Of a DNA stretch of 50,000 bases, positions 11,931 to 24,366 are shown in pieces. The notes beneath the pieces are model-generated. The model was not told the DNA's origin. It searched no databases and was given only the letters and a program-made list of their open reading frames with translations. Made by a program: the position numbers and the translations under genes. The DNA comes from Chiloscyllium plagiosum. Taxonomy: Eukaryota. Where the stretch lies: assembly GCF_004010195.1 (NCBI RefSeq), contig NW_025214730.1, forward strand, positions 1 through 50,000, in the 5' to 3' direction. Numbering within the stretch: the stretch's first letter is position 1; the number at the start of each line of letters is the position of its first letter.

Positions 11931-14032
11931 CCTCTTGTAAGGGGGCAGAGGTGAATATGGAAACAAATGATTATTGGATTCAAATAGAATTTGCAAGTCA
12001 TTTTGAACTAGGTCTAGATGGTGTTAAACTTGACCAAAGCTGGAGTTGAAGAAATTAATGAAGCTATGGAGTCTCAAGCAAGAGGGAAAAAAACACATCT
12101 TTTCAAAGTTCTACCTGAGTGTTCTAGCTCATTACAATTAATATGTTAAGAGCTGATTATGCTGTGACAGAAACTGACACATTGTGGAAACTGACACTAT
12201 AGCTACAAATTACATAAAGGGAGCTGAGGAATAAAACTATTTGTAGGTGTAGTTGCTTATCCAGAGGGGAGAGAATCATGTTTGTGAAGGGTTAGTTTTA
12301 TTTCTGGCATGTGTAGGTAATGTTTGGGGAGATTTTTGCCTTAAAAGAGAGCCTCAATTGTTTTTGGTACTCTTTACTGAACTTGAAGCAGATTTTCTTT
12401 TGTGATTACCATTAGAGTTAAGTTGATTACATGCATGTGTCAACAATTAATTGAATTGGAATAAAAGTATTTTTAAATTTTGGAGACACAAAGATTCCTA
12501 AACTTGATTCATAATCCAAAGGATATCAAACACATTTTGGACCACACAATATATTCACTGGATTTTACTTGTGACTTTCCTGACATCAGAGGGGAAAAAC
12601 GATGGTTGTAACTAATATATTTTCAGTATGTGATTAAGGAGGAGAGAGGCAATCTAATGAGATGGTGATATTAACCACATTATAAATAAACTTTTTTTTG
12701 TTGATGCATTGTTAATTGAGGTGAAAGTGGCAGTGGAAGAGATGTTACACGTGTTTAGGCTAAGAAGGGAAATAAATCAAATAAAATAATTCCTGGCTGT
12801 CTGCAGCACAGACTTGAACTATTTCTAAGGTACTCCTAGGAAGGCATCCAAATGCTTAGTCTGCAACTAACTTAATATACTTTCTTTTAATGTTTTGATT
12901 ATTATTTGAAAGCTGGATAATTGCAAAGGAATAAAATACTTCCCAATTAAAATTAATGTAACTGGAAGCCGTAGCATACTTTAGTTTTCTGTAACATGAT
13001 TTCCTAGAGCTAATCAGTGTTCTTCATTTATTATATATTTGCCATGCAGTTTACATTCTACATTTCAGTATTTACTTAAATATTGTGCAATAAGTTTTCA
13101 ATGGTGCTTTGGTTTGATACCACTTAAATATAGCTCTAAATTTTGGTAAACCTGATCGTAAATAAAATTTCTGGCAAGGAAAAAAATCCATTCACCCGTT
13201 TGGGTACTTTGAATTCTGTGCCTTTCTTAAAAAAATGCATTGTTAATGGCGATGTTCCAATTCCCATAAGTATTTAAATATACCAAGGAGTAAAATAAAC
13301 CAAAATTTGTGAACAGGCAGTGAACATTAGAGAGCAAAATAAGACAGACACTGGAAATCTGAAATGAAATCAAGAAATCCTGGAAGTATTCAGCAGATCT
13401 AATCTGAGTAATTCCAGCATTATCTGTTTGATGTAATTTCTGGTAAAGGCAGTCCCTGAATTGCAAACAGGTTCTTGAGTCCATTCATAAGTCAGTTTGT
13501 ACACAACTTGGAACACACTATGTGACTGTTTAAGTATGAGAAAGCATTTGCATGTTGAATCTGTAAAATTAATATTAATACACCCTGCATGACATTGTGT
13601 TCATAATGAGCATTTGTAGGTCAGATGTTAATAAATCAGGGCTCCTTGTACTGCTGCATGTAAATCAATGTAGCAACTGCAAACTTCTTTATTTTTAATA
13701 AAAGATAAGCTGTACTTGGAACTTGATACTTTATATTTTCAATGTCAGAATTTGGTCAAATCTGGAGGAATGGGTTAATGGTGTGAGGTAGGGATATGGA
13801 AGGAGATGGATAAATATTTGCAATAGAACCAAAAAATGGTTGAATGAAGAAAAACTTTACTCCAGGCTCTGCTTGTTGAATAAAACAGACCATTGTTGAA
13901 AAGATGTTTCGATCTGAATAATACAAGCACATACTGAATTATTTAAAGTATTTTGTTACAGTTGTGGATATGAAATAGTTAATTGTATTTCTTTCTTAAG
14001 GAATTAAAGAAGCTTCAATCAAGGGTAAGAAT

Positions 14033-14165
14033 ATGCGAGAAAAGAGAAATGATTCTGTAGACTTTGTCAAGGACTTTCAAGAGTATCTCACTCAGCAAAC
14101 ACAGCATGTAAACATGATTTCTGGTTCAGTGTGCAATGATAAGGACCCAGAATTACTTCAGCCTG
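14033..14165 (+). CDS. IKZF5: IKZF5/Pegasus copy A, coding exon 1 (exon begins ~14001 with short 5'UTR)
   Basis: Acceptor tttctttcttaag at 14000; ATG 14033 reads MREKRNDSVDFVKDFQEYLTQQTQHVNMISGSVCNDKDPELLQP, matching the Pegasus N-terminus (DFVKDFQEYLTQQT); donor G|gtaagg at 14166; 133 nt, phase 1. Not in the ORF track (too short). Confidence 0.95.
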
Positions 14166-15971
14166 GTAAGGAAGGAAAATATTCATTGTACTAACTCAAA
14201 TTTCCTTATTAGTTAGTATTCCTTATCTGTTAAAACAATTGTCTACTATTTTGCCTTAAAGATTATTTTGACTATAAAAGGTAGACTGAAATACCAAGTT
14301 AAGTATTAGTTTGAAAACAACAAAAAGAATTCTGGAAATAATACGATTCTTGAGAATGTGGCAACCATTGAGCTAAATACATGTACAAAGGTTTAATAGT
14401 CCCCAAAACTAAGAAAACCTTGGTTTTTGGTTTCTGTGTATGCTATGCGTGACAATTTTAAAAAATCAATATATTTGTGTTTTTGTCACGTTTAAGCAAA
14501 TGTGCAGTGTGTAGGCAATCATCATGTATTTTGTGATTCTTGGAATTAATATTTGAAGTAAACATTTTTAATAGTGGTTGTCCTATCATGCTGACAAGAG
14601 TTTTCTGACTTAAAAAGCCCAACGTTCCTAGTTGGTGCAATTCTACCATGCTTGATGGGCTATATTATACTGTTAATTTACCGTTGATATCATTTTACAA
14701 CCCATCCTTGAGTTTTCACAGTTCAGAAGGATTAGCAGTTAATCAGTTTACATAGTTGATTAATTTTTTTGTTTGTATATAGTCAATAGATCTGCAGATA
14801 AAAACATCTCCTGTGAAGAAATCTGAGGTTTTCACATGAAATTGAACTTGTATTTCTCTGAAGTACATTATGAAGTGTCATGTATGATGCAAAGATGAAT
14901 TTGTACATTTTTCCAAGTTTCTCTTGCTTCAGATGTAATGTCTTTAATTCGAAGTTCTAACAGTTTTTAAGTATGTAATGTGTGACTACTTTCTACGTTG
15001 AATCTGGACATGAGGTCAGCTGTTCAACTGTAGCCAAATTCCAAACTGTCCTGTACAGTATTGCTATGCAGATTCCTACAAGGATTATTGAACACTGATC
15101 ACAAATTCAGTGTGATCTAGTTATTGCATCCTGCTTCTAGATTAATTGAAACTAACACCTGTTTTATCCAAATTACATTTTGTTTGTTGCCTTTAGCCAC
15201 TAAGTTATTAGAGCAGTGTATAATTAAAACAAATCAAAAGCAGTAAGTGCGTTGAAGTCGAAGCAATATGGGAGGATAATGTTAAAAACATTTCTATTTT
15301 GAAACTTCAGTGAAAGTACTTCCCCATCTCCAGCCTCACCTTTTCACGTCACTAAACATATGATGCCTTCTAAATCTTTGCACATCATTCTTGAAATCTC
15401 GTGTTTGAATCTGTCATAGTCCAAATCAGCCTCCAGCTCAGTCAAACTTTCATCCTAAGTGACTGTGATCCTGGTAAAGTATCCTATTTCATTTATCTCA
15501 GCACTTGCAATGCTTGACAGCAACATCCTTCTGTACTACATCTTCTCCGATATCTTACTACACTTACTTTGTTCCTTAGTTTCTTAACCATCTAGACAAA
15601 TCCAGGAAGTCAGCTTAGATGATTTCACATGCTGTTCTTGCCTGTATAATCAATTCTTGGCTATCTCTTCTATTTTTCACACGTGTGCTGTACCCAGCAT
15701 CATTCAAAACACTTCTGGTTCAACATGTAAGCTGTTCACGCATATTTTGTTCCCACCAACACTACCTCTCTTATCTGTTCCACTAATTTGTCATGTTGCT
15801 TGTGGTTTCAAATTCAGTACTACATGAACAAAAATTTCCTCCAGCTGAATATTGTCTTCAGTCCCTCTGTAAATTTCATTCCCTTGTTGCTGATTCTATC
15901 CATCCCTGTTAGCTGTTTGAACTAGAATATTTCAACTTAGTGTTGTGCAATGCATTTATTAATTACTTAAG

Positions 15972-16322
15972 GGGAGGGCGATGGCCTAGTGGTATTAACG
16001 CTGGACTGTTAGTCCAGAGACCAAGATAATGTTCTGGGGACCTAGGTTTGAATCCCAACATGGCAGATGGTAGAATTTGAATTCATTTAAAAGAAAATCT
16101 GGAATTAAGAGTCTAATGATGACTACAAATCCATTATTGATTACTGGAAAAGCCTATCTGATTCACTAATGTTCTTCAGGTAAGGAAACTTACCTGGTCT
16201 GGCCTACGTGTGAATCCAGAACTACAGCAATGTGGTTGGCTCTTAACAGCCCTCTGGGTGAATTAGGGATGGGCAATAAATGCTGGCCCAGTTGGTGACA
16301 CCCTCATCCCGTGAATGAGTGA
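15972..16322 (+). mobile_element. tRNA-derived SINE in copy A intron
   Basis: A-box-like tggcctagtgg, B-box-like ggtttgaatccc, 3' end cccgtgaatgagtgaataaa followed by an A-rich tail. Confidence 0.75.
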
Positions 16323-16750
16323 ATAAAGGAAAAAAACCTTATTTGGTTGTCCAGTACCTTTTTTTTTAATATAACTGTGGCAGGACTGAAGAGCTTTAAT
16401 CTGTTGATTGTGGGATCATCTAGCTATAGTGTACTGCATGCTGCTTCACCTTTTTCACATACATTCAGTCTTGTATAACTTCATTGGGTTCACATTTCAT
16501 TTTTTACATAAGTCTTATGATACTCTTACCTTTAGAACACAATTTGTACCCTGTATTTTCAACAATTAATTTTCAGAAGAACCTTGCCACTGACTTTAAT
16601 CTATTTATTGTCTTGTATTTTTGTGTACATATGTATGTATGAGCTATTCATGTTAAGTGAATTTAGTATTTGGTTTGTATTCATACTTTCAACTAGATTT
16701 GTAAAAATTTGTACAGTTGTCTTAATGAATGTTTCCAATTTATTTGGCAG

Positions 16751-16933
16751 CTGGGACAGAAAATCATCAAAATGGAATCCACCATGCTTCAGTTGAAGTT
16801 TCTCTTGATGATGGCTCTGGATTAATAGGAGAAGGGCCAGAAAGGACAGTTGATGGAAAATTAAAGTGTCAGTATTGTAACTATGCCAGCAAAGGGATAG
16901 CACGACTGATGGAGCATACCAGAATGCACACAG
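16751..16933 (+). CDS. IKZF5: IKZF5 copy A, coding exon 2 (ZF1)
   Basis: ggcag|CT acceptor, ACAG|gtaata donor; 183 nt; encodes AGTENHQNGIHHASVEVSLDDGSG...KLKCQYCNYASKGIARLMEHTRMHT (C2H2 ZF1). Confidence 0.95.
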
Positions 16934-17654
16934 GTAATAGACTACATAGCAGAATATCTTGTGTTAAACAACAACAATCAAGTAGCTACTTTTGAATTAA
17001 TCAAAGAACTGATTTGGTGAAATTGAGTCTATCCACAGGCCATTGCTTCATTTGTGCCCTGCACAAAGGCAGGTTCTTGACTCATCTGTTGCTTCATCCT
17101 GAGCCTTGTTCGTTTGGTCACTGGTTTGCTATTGCCTTTCTCGCTCATGAGCAGGGTGAGAAGGTTCCAAATGTACCTCAACTAGAATTGGAAACAAACC
17201 CATGTTGGTGGTGGTGTTCTGAATTACATGCTAGCTAACTGACCTAACCAGTCCTCTGTACTATCGATAAAATGTTTTTGAAACAATCTCAGTTTTATCA
17301 CATTATTAATTTTGGAATTCTTTTGGAGCTCAATTCCTTTTTATTTTGGAAACTAAAGTTTTGTTAACACAAATTTCTATATTAACTTAATTTTTAATGT
17401 TACTGAATTTCATTTACATTTCATTTCTTTTGGTCTCAAACTCTGATTTAAATACTGGAGGTGAAAATGACTGCTTTGATATCCAGGGACCATTTACCTG
17501 TGGCATCAAGGAGTCCTAACAAAAGATAAATTAATGGAAATTGGGGAAGTAAAATCATACCTGACACAAATGAAGCTTCTAGGAGGAAAATATTTTCATC
17601 CTGAGGACATTGATGCAGAAGCTCCTCAGGGAAATACTTTTTACTCCGCCTGTT

Positions 17655-17970
17655 CAGGCATATAATGCCTTGCCCCAGGACCAGGTGAAACTTGAACCTG
17701 GATTTTCTGGCCCAGAGATAGGGACACTATCAATGCAGTTACGTTCCTCAATAGTTACTTTTATTAACCTGTTCAGACATGTGATATGCCTCTGGAACAG
17801 ATGGGATTTGAGCCAGCTCGCCTCGCACAAAGGTAGGACCACTGTCACAACCTCACAAGAACCCCAAAGTTCACTAGTCAATCTATTTAGAGATATTATT
17901 GCACACTTCTGGAGCAGGTGGGACTTGAACCAGGTCTCCCACCTCATATGTAGGGACATTATCACTGTAC
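17655..17970 (-). repeat. Three degraded tandem tRNA-like/SINE head units
   Basis: Recurrent (c)aggtg(g)gacttgaacc...tagggaca(c/t)tatc motif at ~17683, ~17800 and ~17915; similar single units on + at ~28975-29065 and ~29655-29745. Confidence 0.5.
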
Positions 17971-18704
17971 TATAAGCTTCCCTTGATAATGCCCTGGTGT
18001 TAATCATCAGCTGTTTTGTCAATGAACATCTTCTATCATCCTATTAGAAATGCAGGTGTTTGACTGCACATATTTAGTATTTTTAATGACCCAGTGAAAG
18101 TTTATTTTGAGTTCAGTGAGTTCCGGATGACATTCTGGCTTGGGATGATAAGTGGCAAGTAACATTTGTGCTACACGTGTCAGGTAATAACCATCTTCAA
18201 CAACAGAATCAGCCAATTTTCCCATGTCATTCAATTCACTATCATTTTTGAATTGCCCCCCCACTATCTATATCCTAGGCATTAATATTAACCTGAAGCA
18301 GCCATATCAGTTCTGTGGCTACAAGGTCAGGTCAGAGGGTGGACTTCTGAAAAAGTGTTTTCTCCCATATACCCCCAGGGGGGAAAAGAAGCATAAATGA
18401 GGGGTATAATAGAATACCCTTCATTTGCCTGGCTAAGTACATCCCTAACAACATTCAAAGTTCAGTGTCTATCAGGACTAACCAGTTGCTTTCTGCCATG
18501 TTAAACATTCATTCTTTCCACCACAGCTACATATGATATCCTTGTGTACAACATAAAAGATTCTCTCCAGCAACTTGCCAGAATTACTTCTAAAGCATTT
18601 TCCAAATTAGCAACCTTTATTGCTGAAAGAACAATGGCAGCAGGTGCCAGGGAACACCATTTCCTAAACATTCTTCAAGTTACACACATCCTGAGTTGGA
18701 TGTA

Positions 18705-19317
18705 CAGAGGAACCTCGATTATTCAAATGAGATGGGCGGGCACTATTTCGTTTGGATAATTGATTATTCGGTTAATCGATGAAATGCCTTTCCTCTGGGG
18801 CTTGGGGGTTTTCTATTAAGTCTGCTCCTTGTTCAGGAGAATAGGCTCTGCCTGCCCACCAGACCCATCCAACACCGCCCTCCAGCACCCATCCAACACA
18901 GCCCTCCAGCACTGTCTAAACCCCCCCTGCCACGGGGCAGCTGGACTGGATGCCAACAGTAAGACTGGTGCTCCTTTCTGGAGTAAGTCTCCAAATAGCA
19001 TGTGCACACGCACACAGAGCCATACACACAGCATTTTGCAGCAACATTTTGACAAGTTCTGCCTCTGCCCTGTATGGGACAATGTTAGAGAGAATATCTG
19101 GGGAAAGAGAGTTTAGGGTTCACGCCTATGTAGAACGCCAGGGAAAGTGTGGGAGAGGGTGGGTGGTCAGTCATTTGGAGACAGTACCTGGGCTATGTTT
19201 AGGACTGGTCTCAGCAGAGATTTTTAATCAGTGTAAACAAAAGACGCTTTCAGGGTTTAAACATCTCTTTCGTGTAATGTTTTCTTCGGGTCCCTTCGGA
19301 TAATAGAGGTTCCTCTA
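18705..19317. mobile_element. Non-autonomous Tc1/mariner (Tigger/pogo-like) element with TIRs and TA TSD
   Basis: ta|CAGAGGAACCTCGATTAT ... ATAATAGAGGTTCCTCTA|ta; inserted inside an older LINE remnant (~18150-19490). Confidence 0.8.
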
Positions 19318-21023
19318 TACATCACTATTGCTTCACTGTCCCTGGTTCAAAAATCTGGAACTCACTTTTTAACCGTATTGAGTGCAAGTCCACCAGATAG
19401 ACTGCACTGGATAATAAAGGAAACTTGCCACCACAACTTAAAGGGCACATGGGGCTGGCTAACCAACCAGTGATATTCTTGTTGCATGAAAGGTTTTAAA
19501 AAAAAAAATCCCTTCAGTGAGTGTCTAATTTCTCTTCACCTCAGCATTTCAGACAGCTTACTCAATCTGGTTTTAATCTACTTTGAGGTTTGAAAAGACA
19601 GTGTACAGAATTGCACAGTTCTTGTTTGTTACCTTTTGCCAATTTTGCTTTTGCACATTTGTAACGGGTCCTCGGTTTATGCTTCCTAACATTGTTTGCT
19701 TTGAAACTCAAATGTATCCTGGAACATAACCTTATGTCCAGGACAGTTTTATAATTTGGGGTTACTAAAGAGTAATAATGTATACACAGTTTTTTTCCAA
19801 ATATGACTATTGAATCAATGTTGATGAAAGAATAGATGTCAGATTCCAAAAAATTGAAACCTTAGGGGGTACATTTTTCTTGATTATATTGATCTGGATT
19901 TTTATTTAGTTGACAGTAATGGTGCTTGCCATTCATTTTCCTGATAGCTGACCACAAACCTTTAGAAAGTGTTTGAGGCAGTTTGCACAGGAGCTTGATG
20001 TCTTAACAGCAAGCCTGTTCAAATCCGATTGAAGAATCCTAACTGACTTATGATTCTTTTTCATTTTCAATTTGGAGCTCAAAATCAGAAAGATTCCTCC
20101 CTATGAGAATCTGACTCTGGAGAAACTAAACTTTTAGATTTTCATTTCAGGATGCTGATCCAAGAAAAAATTCAGAGGCAGCTGCAAGTTCACTGGGCAC
20201 TGAGGCTGGCATTTAAAGCCCATCTTGATGCTCTGAGACTCTATGTCAGTTACAGTGATTAAAAATAAAAATAACCTCTGTTCCTCAGCATTCATTATCC
20301 TCCATGCATACCTGCATCTTTATAGCCCCCAGTTTTGGTATTTACAGCAAAGGTTCCAAAAAATGGGATTTGAATTTCAAGCTTGGTAGTGATCACCATT
20401 AACTGTGTTATTAAAATTTCATTTGATCTTGATGTACTGATTTTAATTTTTCCTGGCAAGTTTATTGAGTGACTTCTACAACTTGGTACCATTTGATGAT
20501 GCCAAGCCCCTCTGCAAGGTAGTTGCAGTGCAACAATAGAGGAGTCAAGTAGCCTGATGGAATGTGCATGCATAATCGCCAGAAATTTATTTTCTAATTT
20601 AGATCACATGAATAGAGTTAGCAAACCTGTGGCCATTATGCAGTTACTTTTAATGTTTATTAAATTGCTACTATATATCTCCCTTCAGTAACAACATCTA
20701 TGCAGGTACTCTGAACTGAAATGGTATCATTTTGGTATGTCTGGCTTCCTACTGTTGGTGTAAAGTTCACAGTATGATACATCTGAGAACTCTTTTTCTT
20801 TGAATAGGAAATTAAAACCTCAATGGAGAAGTAGGGGGAGAAATAGCCTTTCAAGATCTGCAATTGTACGTTATTCTTCTGCTGTTATTGGACTTCTTTC
20901 TTTTAAGAGAAATAACAACGATGTGACATTGAGCATAGGGCCTCTGGGAAATCGTGGACAAATACTGAGTGGCGCGCACACTTTTTCATTTAGTATTGTC
21001 ATTGGTTGCTTGTTCTTCCTGGG

Positions 21024-21070
21024 AGACAGAGTCCTAAGCCTCAGATCAGACAGAGTCCTAAGCCTCAGAT
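21024..21070. repeat. 24-bp tandem duplication
   Basis: agacagagtcctaagcctcagat(c) x2. Confidence 0.9.
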
Positions 21071-21817
21071 AGTTTCATCTCCTGACAAACTTATCTTGTT
21101 GAAATACAAACTTAATTATATATTCCATGCTAACAGAAGCATATTTTTAGGCTTTTTTTTCTTCTTTGGTGAAGTTCCATCTCCAACATGTGAATATTCT
21201 TAACAGTGCCGATCAAAATAGATTAAGCCTTTTCAGACCTCCCATGGGGCTTGCTGCTTATTTATTGCCTTTAGGAAATTATTAACTTTAGCATAAGATG
21301 TTTGTTGTTTAGTCTATGTTGGTTTCGTTTAAACAAAACTAACCTGTGGACCAAGTTGTCACTGTTCATGTTAAGTCTGTTTTTGATGCTTTTTTATTGA
21401 AGCCAATTCCAACCATGGAAGTCCTAAGTATTAAGTGGGACAATGGAATTGAAACTAAATAGTCCATATTTATAATTTTTTCAAATGTCAAGTCATGCTG
21501 ACTGGTCCACATACATTAATTTCCCAACATGAGTCTTTGAATTATATTAAAGATAATTCTGGACTCCATCCCTGGAACCACAGGCTTTTCAAATATTGTG
21601 TGAACTGAGATCAGCTAACCCAGCATAGAAACAGGACCAGTCTTGAAGCTTTCCGCTGCTTCAATCAGAATCAGATTCCGTGAATCATTTGGGGATTTGA
21701 GTAATATTTATATTAATTTACAGTTGGAAGGAGAGAAATCCTTTCACATTTGGCTTAGATATTAATTCTTTAGGAGAAAAATATAATAACTTGACTGATT
21801 TGTTCTTTGTCATGTAG

Positions 21818-22746
21818 GTGAGAAGCCCCACAGATGCCATCTATGTCCATTTGCTTCAGCTTATGAGCGTCATCTTGAAGCACATATGCGCTCACATAGA
21901 GGTGAAAAACCATATAAATGTGAGCTTTGCTCGTTTCGCTGCAGTGATCAAAGTAATTTATCCCACCATCGTAGGCGCAGGCATAAACTACTTCCTCTGA
22001 AAGGACGCAGGACATCACTGACCAATAAGAGAATGATGGGAATTTTGCAGAAAAAATCCAGCTTCTCCCTGAACTATGGAAGAAGACCTCTAAATAACTT
22101 TGGACCTTCCATGTTGACACAGAAGACCACAGATTACCTTGATGAGTATTCTCATAACATCTCAGCTGAATCTTATGAGGGTCTGACAAAAGCACAAACT
22201 AGTGGAATCTCAAGGGATGTACAGGAAATGATGGTAGATAATCCATTAAACCAGCTTTCTGCCTTAGCTGGCCAGCTTTCCAGCCTTTCACAAGAAGACC
22301 AAACTCCAGCATCTTCTGATGTGACATGCAGAGATGAAAAGCCTTATCTGATACCACAGTCTGTAGCGCCAATAGTTACCACTGTAGTTTCCAGCGTGGC
22401 TCAAAGCTCATCCAATGCTAGCCCTGATAGACATCCTGTGCACAATCAAAGAACATTCAGTCCAGTGCCAGGCCCCAACAGTGAGCGCAGTGCTCACATG
22501 AGTTCACCCTGCATGACGAACAGCCAACCTAGCACTCCTGCACCTCCAATTCAAGTCCAGGATCCACAGCTCCTGCATCATTGCCAACACTGCGACATGT
22601 ATTTTGCAGACAATATACTTTACACTATTCACATGGGGTGTCATGGTTATGAAAATCCATTTCAGTGTAATATATGTGGTTGTAAATGTAAAAACCAATA
22701 TGATTTTGCTTGTCATTTTGCCAGGGGTCAACATAAGCAAACTTAA
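21818..22746 (+). CDS. IKZF5: IKZF5 copy A, last coding exon (ZF2, ZF3, linker, C-terminal ZF4-5)
   Basis: catgtag|GT acceptor; GEKPHRCHLCPFASAYERHLEAHMRSH..., ends HHCQHCDMYFADNILYTIHMGCHGYENPFQCNICG...FARGQHKQT*; spliced CDS 133+183+929=1245 nt, 414 aa, no frameshift. Confidence 0.97.
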
Positions 22747-22759
22747 TGTTATTTGTATT

Positions 22760-22765
22760 AATAAA
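22760..22765 (+). terminator. Candidate proximal poly(A) signal of copy A
   Basis: AATAAA 14 nt after the stop and another at ~22829; the region is very AT-rich, so usage is uncertain. Confidence 0.25.
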
Positions 22766-24224
22766 GTTATTAAAAATTAATCTTGTTTTATTAAATGGTA
22801 AATTTATTTCAATCTTTTGTAAAACTATAATAAAAACTAGATTAATCAATTGTCAATTTGTTTAAAGGAAACTTAAGATATTTTCCAGACTGCCAATGAC
22901 CTAATTACTTCGTCACTGCTTATCTACCATATATGTATTTAAAAACCACGAACAGGCTATTAAATATATTTTAAAAGTTAGGAAAGGTGAATCAAGCAAG
23001 AAAACAAGGAAATAATTTACTTCAGTTCATTTCTCTTAAAATTGCTGATGCATGATGCATTATTGCCCTATCAAGAAAGACCTTGGAAGGGTACATCTTA
23101 TTTATTTGAATGGTAATGTGGATTTCCAGGTTAAAGTAAGGTAGGTATCAACTGGGGTTGCATTGTTTGGAATTTAGGTAGTTTATAGGATGATTTGATA
23201 GAAGATCTTTAAGATATTAAAGGAAGAAGTAAGGGAAAATTTAAAAAAATAATTGGAGTTGGAGTATCTAGAACTAAGAAACAAAATCTTAACATTAATT
23301 TCAGAAATCAATGTTAAATTCATTGTAAATCTTAAAACCAAAATCAATTTGGAAACAAAAATCACAGATCCTGAGGGATTTTCTGGACAAAGGTAGTCAG
23401 GCAGAGTTAGATCACAAAATGGTAGAATGAGCTTGAGTGGCAAAATGATTGCCTCAGGTGCCTTGTTCCTACTTCAAGTGGTTTAATTGCAAATCTGCTT
23501 GTGCAGTTATTTATCATTGCAACCATGTTCAATGCAGTCCACGTTACACACTTTCGATCAATCCTCACTTGAGTCAAAATTTATCTTTCTCTGAATCCAC
23601 TTAAATTCTAGCCAAGGAATGGTGAGGTAGTTACAGCATTCTGTTGCTAATCTCTTAGGAATTAATTTTAAACATGTGTATTTTAATAATATAGTTGATT
23701 TTAAAGTCCCATTAATAAGGTTCTGTTCAGAAATCAGTGTGTTTTGTTTTTTAAAGAAATATATTGAAGAATTCTTGGCTGGAGCATTAGAATGAATCTG
23801 CTGAACATTCTTGGAAGATTCATGACAGCCATATAAAGTACTTCTTTCTCCCTGTAAAGTTACTTATTTTTGCTGGTATTATGGGTTCTGGTTTCTACCA
23901 TGTCTTTACTGAGGGCTATTTTCTTGATTTGCCAATGTTATCACTTGGCAACCAGGTTTCAATAGAAAAACGAAAATTGCATTTATTCCTTAGGAAATGT
24001 CTGATCTATTTTAGCTGTTGCTGGTGAAGAACAGGATCTCAAGTAAAGAATTGAAGAAAATCTTGTACCCTATTACCTGACCCAATGAGTTCATCCTAGG
24101 TCTGCTTGATTTAATTTTACTTTCCCTTCCATACTGAATAAACTAAATCCTTGTTATTATTCTAATTATTCTACTCTACTTGTCTGTTCCTTACCTGGGT
24201 ATTGTATACAGCAGATGTAAATTA

Positions 24225-24366
24225 CAGTACAACCTCGATTATCCAAATTTCAGATTATCCAAACGATCTCAAGGTCCCGATGCTCTGGTAAACTGTTGTC
24301 CGAACTTTTGATTATCCGAACAAAATATTCCCCGCCTGTGTCGTTTGAATAATCGAGGTTGCCCTG
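24225..24366. mobile_element. 142-bp MITE, TA TSD
   Basis: ta|CAGTACAACCTCGATTATCCAAA ... TTTGAATAATCGAGGTTGCCCTG|ta with internal gattatccraa repeats. Confidence 0.8.

Noticed and set aside
21770..22849. Antisense and alternate-frame ORFs over IKZF5 exons (also 47568-47804, 48215-48556)
   Set aside because: Shadow ORFs of the real coding exon; their similarity between copies follows from the sense-strand homology.
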